Source: an uncultured Candidatus Saccharibacteria bacterium
GTDB lineage: Bacteria; Patescibacteriota; Minisyncoccia; UBA6257; 2-01-FULL-56-20
NCBI GenBank assembly: GCA_965231155.1
Contig: OZ246418.1
Coordinates: 746,194 to 808,089, forward strand
Direction of reading: 5' to 3'
Length of the DNA: 61,896 bases
A program made the position numbers and the translations under genes. Shown here piece by piece: positions 54,292-61,235 of this stretch (positions within the stretch are counted from its first letter, which is position 1; every line of letters begins with the position of its first letter). A model generated the notes under the pieces. The model was given only the letters and a program-made list of their open reading frames with translations, was not told where the DNA came from and did not search any database.

Positions 54292-54573
54292 CTAGTTGAT
54301 AACTTCACACACGTTGCGTTCGAAAAGAAGTCCCGGCGCCTGACTTCCTCCGGGAGTCGCTCGCATATGCCGAAAAAAGTTTGCGTAATCCGGATCCTTC
54401 GGAGTCATCTGGGCAACCACCTGCTCATAACTCACCCAGTAGTACTTATCCGAAATCTGCTCCATCGGTTCATCGGGGTCAGGCTCGACTGTATCGAGCT
54501 CCATCCCAATGAATAACTTCCGCTGAGCCTCCGGATCGCCCGCCCGCGGCAGACCAGTAATTCTGACTTTCAT
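54292..54573 (-). CDS. GC-rich hypothetical protein (93 aa)
   Basis: Starts 3 nt after the stop of 54576-54764, so the two form a pair; no family recognised. Confidence 0.5.
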   Translation of the reverse strand: MKVRITGLPRAGDPEAQRKLFIGMELDTVEPDPDEPMEQISDKYYWVSYEQVVAQMTPKDPDYANFFRHMRATPGGSQAPGLLFERNVCEVIN

Positions 54574-54575
54574 GA

Positions 54576-54764
54576 CTAGTCCTTGAAAGCCGAGAACTTG
54601 AGATCTGTCGGCAGCTCACCGAACTCTGCCTCAAGCGCTCTGATCTTGACCCACATAGCATCCTCGCCACCAGGACCGGAGCAGTTCCAGCGTGGATCCT
54701 TCTCGCTCGAAAGATTCCAGCTGGTACTCCCAGTGTTCGCGTAGAAGTCAGAAATTGCACCCAT
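54576..54764 (-). CDS. GC-rich hypothetical protein (62 aa)
   Basis: TAAGGAGG (54778-54771) lies 6 nt before the ATG. Confidence 0.45.
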   Translation of the reverse strand: MGAISDFYANTGSTSWNLSSEKDPRWNCSGPGGEDAMWVKIRALEAEFGELPTDLKFSAFKD

Positions 54765-54787
54765 CGCAGACCTCCTTAGCTGTCAAG

Positions 54788-54816
54788 AAACTACCACTCC
54801 AATATCAAAGTGTCAA
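54788..54816 (-). promoter_or_regulatory. promoter for the 54764/54573 gene pair
   Basis: TTGACA (54816-54811), 17-nt spacer, TAGTTT (54793-54788). Confidence 0.45.
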
Positions 54817-54859
54817 AAAGGAAATAAAAAAAGCCCGTTGAGATTATCGCGGGGCAATA

Positions 54860-55222
54860 CTACTGACGGTACAAAGTAAATCCCTTCGCAAACCCAAACT
54901 CACGACGAACACGAAAACTTCCAGAGGCGAATAGATCTTCGATCGCTTTCTGGTCCTCGGCACTGATTGGGCAGGAGTACTTTCCCGCAGAGGAAAACCC
55001 CCAAACCCCAGTTCCGCTCTCCGACTCACCCATCAAGACTCCACCGTGAACGAAAGTGATGGACCCTTCCTCGAACTTAACGTCACCTTTCCCAAGATTG
55101 ATGGCGGTTGGAAAGGAAACGCAAAACGCCTCCGCCTCATGTTGTCCACATCCAGTCAGACTGAAACCAGTCACAGTTTCTCCGTCCCGCTGGACTTTGA
55201 ATTCAATACGTCGAGTGTCCAT
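54860..55222 (-). CDS. GC-rich hypothetical protein (120 aa)
   Basis: CAGGAGGG before the ATG; no family recognised. Confidence 0.5.
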   Translation of the reverse strand: MDTRRIEFKVQRDGETVTGFSLTGCGQHEAEAFCVSFPTAINLGKGDVKFEEGSITFVHGGVLMGESESGTGVWGFSSAGKYSCPISAEDQKAIEDLFASGSFRVRREFGFAKGFTLYRQ

Positions 55223-55247
55223 TGATCACCCTCCTGTTCTGCCGCTG

Positions 55248-55276
55248 AAACTATCACCTCTCTCCTAGCGTGTCAA
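55248..55276 (-). promoter_or_regulatory. promoter for 54860-55222
   Basis: TTGACA (55276-55271), 17-nt spacer, TAGTTT (55253-55248). This is the same -10 as the neighbouring cassette. Confidence 0.45.
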
Positions 55277-55374
55277 AATAAAAACCCCGGCGAGATCGTC
55301 GCTGGGATTTTCAATTACAAAATAATTAATCGGTGGATCATCTTTATTCTAAAACATATTAGATTAAACAATGT

Positions 55375-55746
55375 CTAAAAACTTCTCCTAATTTGATTAA
55401 ACTTCCAAAAAACAAGAGCACCTATTGTAGATAATGCAATCCCAGAAACAATGCTTTCAAGAGGTATACTGATTCCCAATATAAATGGTTGGAAGGTGCC
55501 TATTATCCCAAAAATCCAAAGAGCAAAAATCATCTTATCGCTAAGAAACTTCGCTGTTTTCAACTGTTGTTTCTTTTTTGAAGGAAGCCCTTCCAAAAAA
55601 GGAGAGAGGAAATAAAAACTAATCAAAAATAAGGAAATTACAACCACAGTCCCCAACCAACTTCTTGCAAAATCAGGAAAGAACAAAGCATTCACAAGAA
55701 TGAGAAGGAGGGGCGCAAAATACGGAATAGCGTATTTTGATTTCAT
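55375..55746 (-). CDS. hypothetical 4-TM membrane protein (AT-rich)
   Basis: Hydrophobic profile only. Confidence 0.55.
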   Translation of the reverse strand: MKSKYAIPYFAPLLLILVNALFFPDFARSWLGTVVVISLFLISFYFLSPFLEGLPSKKKQQLKTAKFLSDKMIFALWIFGIIGTFQPFILGISIPLESIVSGIALSTIGALVFWKFNQIRRSF

Positions 55747-55794
55747 TTTTCCATTATATCAAATAACAGAAACCCTGCCCAAGGGTATCAAAAT

Positions 55795-55821
55795 AAAAAA
55801 GCCACTAGTTTTTCTAGTGGC
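55795..55821 (-). terminator. intrinsic terminator of the histidine-phosphatase gene
   Basis: The minus strand reads GCCACTAG-aaaaa-CTAGTGGC followed by TTTTTTATTTT. Confidence 0.7.
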
Positions 55822-56366
55822 TATAGATCAAGCTCGTGAATTGAAGCATTGGGGATATGAATCATCCTCTCCAACCCTCCGTAGAAATAATAAAGACACC
55901 TCATCGCTCCGCCATGCGAAACTACAAGGGGTTTCTTGAAGGGCTGCGTCTTCGCATAAGCAATGAAACTGTCGAGGCGAGCCCGAACATCTCCTATCGA
56001 TTCCCCTCCATAGGGCCGGTAGTCATATTCCTGCTCCCCATCAGCGATCCTTAGGTCGAAAGACGCGCCACTCAGGATCTGCATCTCCTCCCAGCTCCTG
56101 CCGGCCAGAAACCCGAAATCTCGTTCCTGGAGTCCGTCGTGAAATTCGATCGGAATACCCAGTGCTGGGCTAAGAATTTCTCCGGTTTCCCGTGCACGAG
56201 CTAGCGGTGAGGAAAAGATGATGTCAAAACCTTTCCCCCGAAGCTGAGGAATCAACGCTCTCGCCTGATCCCTACCCCGATCGTTCAAAGACTTATCGAC
56301 CCTTCCCGCCAGCCTGCGGTCCAAATTATCCTCAGTCTCTCCGTGACGGACGATCGTGAATTTCAT
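55821..56366 (-). CDS. histidine phosphatase family protein (phosphoglycerate-mutase-like)
   Basis: The RHGETEDN catalytic motif at the N-terminus and a downstream SHGG motif. Confidence 0.85.
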   Translation of the reverse strand: MKFTIVRHGETEDNLDRRLAGRVDKSLNDRGRDQARALIPQLRGKGFDIIFSSPLARARETGEILSPALGIPIEFHDGLQERDFGFLAGRSWEEMQILSGASFDLRIADGEQEYDYRPYGGESIGDVRARLDSFIAYAKTQPFKKPLVVSHGGAMRCLYYFYGGLERMIHIPNASIHELDL

Positions 56367-56486
56367 ATTTTCCTCTCTTGCTGGCTACAGCTTCCATTAT
56401 AAATTGAGAGATGTCAAAACTCCCAGGCGATAGACCGCTCCTCCTGAGTTCTTCTTTATAGTAGTAAGTATCTTTGTAGCTCGAGC

Positions 56487-56960
56487 TTAAAAGAACTTGA
56501 AGGAGGAAATGATCTGATTCGTCACCTCCATATCCTCTGTCGGACGGACATAGATTCTAAGAGTGCTGCTTCCACGCTGTATGAAATAAGCATTCTGATT
56601 CTGAATAGCACTCAATCCTGCAAATGTGGCTTCCGTACCAGTAATTGGAGAATCTGCGGTGACAATGGCTTCATCAATATCAATAATTGATCCACTCTCT
56701 GATATCCCACTTGAAGCATAGTAAACACTTAGGTTCTTGCTCTGAGAAGTTGCGGATACAAAACCATTAGGATCATACCCTCCTACCTTCGCATCTTTCG
56801 GAGACTGAAACTCAAAACCATACGTGTCGTTTCGGTAAGTCTGCCAATCAGATTGAGTAACTGGGGACTGACCCAATGGCATCGCTGGACGAGAAGTGTA
56901 ATACCAAACACCAGCTCCTAAAATTAATAAAACTACCAGGATAATAAGTATTTTTTTCAT
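56487..56960 (-). CDS. hypothetical signal-anchored secreted protein (paralog-like to 12719-13432)
   Basis: MKKILIILVVLLILGAG is a TM segment, and WQTYRNDTYGFEFQSPKD matches WKLYRNKEYGFELSYPKD in the other protein. Confidence 0.6.
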   Translation of the reverse strand: MKKILIILVVLLILGAGVWYYTSRPAMPLGQSPVTQSDWQTYRNDTYGFEFQSPKDAKVGGYDPNGFVSATSQSKNLSVYYASSGISESGSIIDIDEAIVTADSPITGTEATFAGLSAIQNQNAYFIQRGSSTLRIYVRPTEDMEVTNQIISSFKFF

Positions 56961-57052
56961 ACTAGTAAGTATACCAAACCAACCGAACCACATACGCCTC
57001 TCTCGGTCAAACCGGAAAATAAAAAAGCCGCGTAGATACCTAGCGACTTTGA

Positions 57053-57211
57053 TTAGCAGGAATAGTGCTCGGCCATGTAGCGAGCAACTCCTTCGCCGGA
57101 GTTGCCGTTAGCCAAACAGGCTTCCCGATAGATGTCTCATTGATCGCGCTTGCCCGATTCGGCCCAATACTTGATCTGTTCGTGAAGACTCCGAGGAACA
57201 CTAAGCTTCAC
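57053..57211 (-). pseudogene. ribbon-helix-helix-like small ORF interrupted by an in-frame TGA (57139-57137)
   Basis: GTG-KLSVPRSLHEQIKYWAESGKRDQ-TGA-DIYREACLANGNSGEGVARYMAEHYSC-TAA. The beta-strand plus two-helix pattern resembles CopG/Arc-type proteins. A terminator-like hairpin with a T-run follows. Confidence 0.3.
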
Positions 57212-57258
57212 GTTTTTTCCGTTGCAATCAGGAAAACTGACAACGATTGGAGTTTCAT

Positions 57259-57273
57259 GGAAGGACGAAGGGT
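57259..57273. repeat. direct repeat GGAAGGACGAAGGGT (copy 1)
   Basis: An exact 15-nt match to 57944-57958. Confidence 0.8.
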
Positions 57274-57295
57274 ATGATGAAAATCGATTCAATAT

Positions 57296-57332
57296 AAAAA
57301 GAAAAGGCCTTGCGATTGTTTCGCAAAGCCTT
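57296..57332 (-). terminator. intrinsic terminator of 57335-57856
   Basis: The minus strand reads AAGGCTTTGCGA-aacaa-TCGCAAGGCCTT (one mismatch) followed by TTCTTTTT. Confidence 0.65.
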
Positions 57333-57334
57333 GA

Positions 57335-57856
57335 TTACTTCTTCTGTCCGGCGATCTCTTCGTTGATCTCGTCGACCACCTCCTGGACAATCCCGGCGAA
57401 ATCCGCCGGAAAAATCGCTCGGGCGATCTCGGAAATGTACTTCTGGATGATGAGGTACACAAACGGCGACTGACCGACCAATGGATGATTGATGGGCTTG
57501 CCGGTGAAACCATTCACGCCATTCTCGAGGTCGTAAAGAGCAAGTGTCGCCCCCATGATGAACCCGTGCGGAACGAGTTCACCGTTTACGTAGTCAGCGA
57601 GGAATTCCCCGAATTTGTAGATGACCTCAGTCTGACCAGGTAGGTGCTCGCGAAGGTTTCGGAGACAATCCCGGATCACACCGTCAGGCGCCGCAACTGT
57701 GGCCGTGGCCGTCTTCAGAGCTTTCCGTGGATTCTTCTCGTCAAGGAATGGCATGGAGGGTTGGCGTCCGCGCTTCCCCTTTTCATGAGCGTGATCCACC
57801 ACCTTCTCGGCGTAGGTCGTCGGAAAAACCGGCAACGAATCGAGATTTCTCTTCAT
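57335..57856 (-). CDS. GC-rich hypothetical protein (173 aa)
   Basis: AGAGAGGA before the ATG, with its own promoter and terminator; no family recognised. Confidence 0.55.
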   Translation of the reverse strand: MKRNLDSLPVFPTTYAEKVVDHAHEKGKRGRQPSMPFLDEKNPRKALKTATATVAAPDGVIRDCLRNLREHLPGQTEVIYKFGEFLADYVNGELVPHGFIMGATLALYDLENGVNGFTGKPINHPLVGQSPFVYLIIQKYISEIARAIFPADFAGIVQEVVDEINEEIAGQKK

Positions 57857-57911
57857 CGAGCTGTCCTCTCTTTTTGGGTTTGCGAATTGAATCGCTTCAA
57901 ACGCTAATTTT

Positions 57912-57940
57912 TTTATAAAGCATTATTATAATATTGTCAA
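57912..57940 (-). promoter_or_regulatory. promoter for 57335-57856
   Basis: TTGACA (57940-57935), 17-nt spacer, TATAAA (57917-57912). Confidence 0.5.
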
Positions 57941-57943
57941 ACC

Positions 57944-57958
57944 GGAAGGACGAAGGGT
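57944..57958. repeat. direct repeat GGAAGGACGAAGGGT (copy 2), part of a 23-nt junction sequence at 57936-57958
   Basis: An exact 15-nt match to 57259-57273. The adjacent GTCAAACCGGAA (57936-57947) recurs at 57006-57017. Confidence 0.8.
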
Positions 57959-58027
57959 GCGGCAAAAATCCTTTATCATAAAGCTTTAACATACCGAACC
58001 AGCAAAAACTCACCCCCCGAATGTCTA

Positions 58028-58918
58028 CTAATTTATTAGTACGGGATCTTCGCCAATCAGTAGTAATTTAGATTTGAATTCTCTTTTTAACTCATTGATT
58101 TCTCGATTGATGTTTGGCCTAAAGTATTCAGTCATTTTTTGTGCAGTTTCTACAGAGAAAGGTTTTGAGAAGCTGAATGTTTTTTTCCACTTCCTAATTC
58201 CCATATCTATTCTTGTCCGGATCGCAACTTTTGCCTGAACAAGTATTCTGAGGTAAACAGGAATATTATTGCCAAAAACTTGAAGATCTAAAAAATTTTC
58301 AAACTCTAAAAGATTATCTCTCAAGGTTTGATTATGAACGTTTGGTGTATTTAACTTCATAAGGCCGATCTGAGTATTGAGTGTCAAAGTTCTATCAAAT
58401 TGTCTACTAATATCTTCTAAGAGAATAGGCATCTCTTGAGAAATACTAATCACTTGCAACATGAGGTTTTCTAAGTATGCGCTTCCGGTGGTTTGTTTAA
58501 ATAAGTCCTTATCGAAAGTAAAAGTCCATGATAGGGGTACAAAAACTTGACCTACAGAGATTTGTCCTAAAGCATTCTCTTTTTCTACTCTTTCCTTAAG
58601 TCGTTTTAAATTATTATCTTTGAATGTGTGGAGCATGGTGTCTATTTCTATTAAATTATTAATTGCTGTGACCAAATTCTTCTCTAATAAAAGCAAGTAC
58701 TCTTCTTGATCATTCTTTTTTCTATACCAGGTTGTTATAAAAAATACGGCCAAAGGAGTGGCTGCTCCAATTAATGCTCCGATTAATTCTTGCCATTCGT
58801 AAACAATATCTTTGATCTCATTAGGGTTGATCAGGCCACAACAAATCAAAAGGATAAGTATGCACCCCGTTATTGATAGAGTAATTATTCCTGTAGTCCA
58901 TGTCGGCAGCTTCTTCAT
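58028..58918 (-). CDS. AT-rich hypothetical protein: 2 N-terminal TM segments plus a ~220-aa helical cytoplasmic domain
   Basis: Hydrophobic N-terminus. Sample line 58981-59040 in the adjacent gene has 19/60 G+C, lower than the backbone. No family recognised. Confidence 0.6.
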   Translation of the reverse strand: MKKLPTWTTGIITLSITGCILILLICCGLINPNEIKDIVYEWQELIGALIGAATPLAVFFITTWYRKKNDQEEYLLLLEKNLVTAINNLIEIDTMLHTFKDNNLKRLKERVEKENALGQISVGQVFVPLSWTFTFDKDLFKQTTGSAYLENLMLQVISISQEMPILLEDISRQFDRTLTLNTQIGLMKLNTPNVHNQTLRDNLLEFENFLDLQVFGNNIPVYLRILVQAKVAIRTRIDMGIRKWKKTFSFSKPFSVETAQKMTEYFRPNINREINELKREFKSKLLLIGEDPVLIN

Positions 58919-58922
58919 AGAA

Positions 58923-59603
58923 CTAACGAGGTTTTTGAAGTCTAATTTTGTAGTAAGAAAATAAAAGAAAAATAAAGTACAAAGTTAAATAAATTACCCC
59001 CCAACTTTCAAGATTTTGGAATAAGTTCCAAAATCTTCCCACATAGATGGGAAGGATGCTGGCCAAGGCTGCTAAAGGTACTCCCGAAATTGCCGCGTAG
59101 ATGAAGGGGGAGATTTTTTCTTTTAGAGTATCTATTTTATTGGATATAAAAATGAAAGAAAAAATTAAAACAAGAGGATAATGATCTTGCACAAATGTAT
59201 TTAACGGCTTTTCATACAGTGCAATAAAATAATTCCAAAGGTTTATTGAAAACCAAATATCAACTGCAACTAGTCCCCATGCGAGTCCGCTACCAAACCA
59301 CATTTCCTTAACACTTTTATTAATAAAAGAAAGAAAAGTACTGGTTAAAATAAAAGTGACCAGTATCATGAGTGAAAACCAAAAAAGCTTGAGATTCACG
59401 AGGGCACTATTAGCATCGGAATTTTCTGCTGACGGGATACCTAGAAAGAATGATCCTACGACAAAAATAAAACCGGTTATCTCTAATATGGGTTTTTTCT
59501 CACGCCAAAATTTTTCGAGCATATCAGACATATGCCCATAGCATACGCCTTTCATGAAGGTTCGCAAGCCAGAAAGATTGCTCGAGAAAATGATCAGGTA
59601 CAA
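58923..59603 (-). CDS. AT-rich hypothetical polytopic membrane protein
   Basis: About 6 TM segments. The start is uncertain, and the gene lies 4 nt upstream of the next gene. Confidence 0.55.
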   Translation of the reverse strand: MYLIIFSSNLSGLRTFMKGVCYGHMSDMLEKFWREKKPILEITGFIFVVGSFFLGIPSAENSDANSALVNLKLFWFSLMILVTFILTSTFLSFINKSVKEMWFGSGLAWGLVAVDIWFSINLWNYFIALYEKPLNTFVQDHYPLVLIFSFIFISNKIDTLKEKISPFIYAAISGVPLAALASILPIYVGRFWNLFQNLESWGVIYLTLYFIFLLFSYYKIRLQKPR

Positions 59604-59697
59604 GGCTTATCCGAGCACCGGAAAGAGCCGTACAAACGTACGGCGATTGAGGAGAAAAGGATATAACGTAGCAGATGATTATTTAATCGAGCAAGAT

Positions 59698-60156
59698 TTA
59701 CTCGATCTTGGAGATGGTATAGGTAATATCCCCCTTCGGCGTCATCACCTTCGCCTCCTCGCCCACACGGCGTCCTAAAAAGGCCTTGCCCATTGGTGAC
59801 TCATTCGAGATCATACCTTCGGCTGGATTGGACTCGCTGGAACCAACCAAATGATAGGTGAAACTCTTGCCATTTGTTTTGACCGTAAAGGTGCAGCCCA
59901 CAGAGACGGTTTCGCCTCCGGTGGTCTTCTTGATAATAGAAGCATTCTTGATGACATCCTCAAGCTCCATGATCCGTTTTTCAACGGCGGCCTGCTCATC
60001 CTTAGCTTCGCTATACTCGGAGTTCTCAGAGAGATCGCCAAACTCCTTAGCCCGCTTTAGGCGCTCAGCCACTCGGCGTCGGCCTTCGTGGATTAAATCA
60101 TTCAATTCATCCTTCAACTCCTCGAGACGCTCCTTGCTTACATAAAATTTATCCAT
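59698..60156 (-). CDS. greA: transcription elongation factor GreA
   Basis: N-terminal coiled coil with AKEFGDLSENSEYSEAKDEQ and a C-terminal FKBP-like domain. Confidence 0.95.
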   Translation of the reverse strand: MDKFYVSKERLEELKDELNDLIHEGRRRVAERLKRAKEFGDLSENSEYSEAKDEQAAVEKRIMELEDVIKNASIIKKTTGGETVSVGCTFTVKTNGKSFTYHLVGSSESNPAEGMISNESPMGKAFLGRRVGEEAKVMTPKGDITYTISKIE

Positions 60157-60280
60157 AGGTGGATTAAAAAAATAAAAAGTGAGAAAGTGGATTAGTAAGG
60201 GGCTAACACGGAATGCCTTAATTTTAAGGGCAGAAACCCCAAAAGTAAAACAAAGTTATAAAGACCGTTTTAGTGAGAAA

Positions 60281-60586
60281 TTAGAGCGAAACACCCAACT
60301 TCTTCCTAATACGACTGCCGGACATATCCCGGACAAAGTAAAGTTTCGAACGATGTGGTTTCTTTGGGCTAGAGATAATCTCCACCTTGGTAATCATTGG
60401 GGTGTTGATTGGATAGACCTTCTCTACGCCAACGGCGGCTACCATGGCGCGGACGGTAAAGGTACCACCAACCTCATTGCCATGCTTTCGGGCAATCACC
60501 AGACCCTCAAAACGCCCACCTTCTTTCTCGTGGACACGAATCCTGGCTCCGGCTTTGATTTGTTCTAATACTTTTGCGTCAATCAT
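60281..60586 (-). CDS. rplS: 50S ribosomal protein L19
   Basis: The pattern GARIRVHEKEGGRFEGLVIARKHGNEVGGTFTVR....GVEKVYPINTP. Confidence 0.9.
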   Translation of the reverse strand: MIDAKVLEQIKAGARIRVHEKEGGRFEGLVIARKHGNEVGGTFTVRAMVAAVGVEKVYPINTPMITKVEIISSPKKPHRSKLYFVRDMSGSRIRKKLGVSL

Positions 60587-60618
60587 GTTTTTTTATATAA
60601 ATAGGTGATTTCAGGGCC

Positions 60619-61002
60619 TTAGGAGGCCTTGGCCATCAATTGTTTCACTAATTTGATGACTTCGTCAAGTGAGGCATGAACTTTTACGAAATATCCCGCC
60701 GCTCCCAGACTCTTGGCTTTTTCAACATCGCTATCCTGACTGAGGTTGGACATGATGATTACCGGTATCCGATTATACTGCGGATCTGAGGCCAGAGTCT
60801 GTAAAAGCTCTAGTCCGGAGATGCGAGGCATAATCAGATCGAGAATCACTACTTGAGGCCGCATCGTTTCCAACATATGAAGCGCCTCCTCGCCATCAAA
60901 CGCCTGTTTGACAGTCAGGCCCTCTTTCTCTAGCCGACTTCGCAGAAGAGGCGAGAGAAAACGGTCGTCTTCAATAATGAATACGTTGACAGTTTCAATC
61001 AT
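60619..61002 (-). CDS. single-domain response regulator (receiver only)
   Basis: VFIIEDD...VILDLIMPRISG...MSNL...K; no output domain. Confidence 0.85.
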   Translation of the reverse strand: MIETVNVFIIEDDRFLSPLLRSRLEKEGLTVKQAFDGEEALHMLETMRPQVVILDLIMPRISGLELLQTLASDPQYNRIPVIIMSNLSQDSDVEKAKSLGAAGYFVKVHASLDEVIKLVKQLMAKAS

Positions 61003-61235
61003 GAGTTCTCGTTAGGTAATACATACAACACACCACACGAGGTGGTGTTCCACTCTTAATCAGTATATCGGGAAACAACAAAAAAACAAAATGAATTATT
61101 CTTTTGTGACTTCCATGAATTAAAAGAGCTTTTTAGTTATCCCAATCGCCTTCCATCTTTCTTGAAAAGATTAAAGAAGGGCTTGCTCAACTCGAAAGTT
61201 GAGATCGCCTAACAAAAAATAAATTTTTTGTATAG

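Noticed and set aside
56367-56440. TTGACA and TATAAT hexamers upstream of the histidine-phosphatase gene taken as a promoter pair.
   Set aside because: The two hexamers are only about 10 nt apart, which is incompatible with a 16-18-nt spacer. Only the TATAAT may be functional, so no promoter feature was called.
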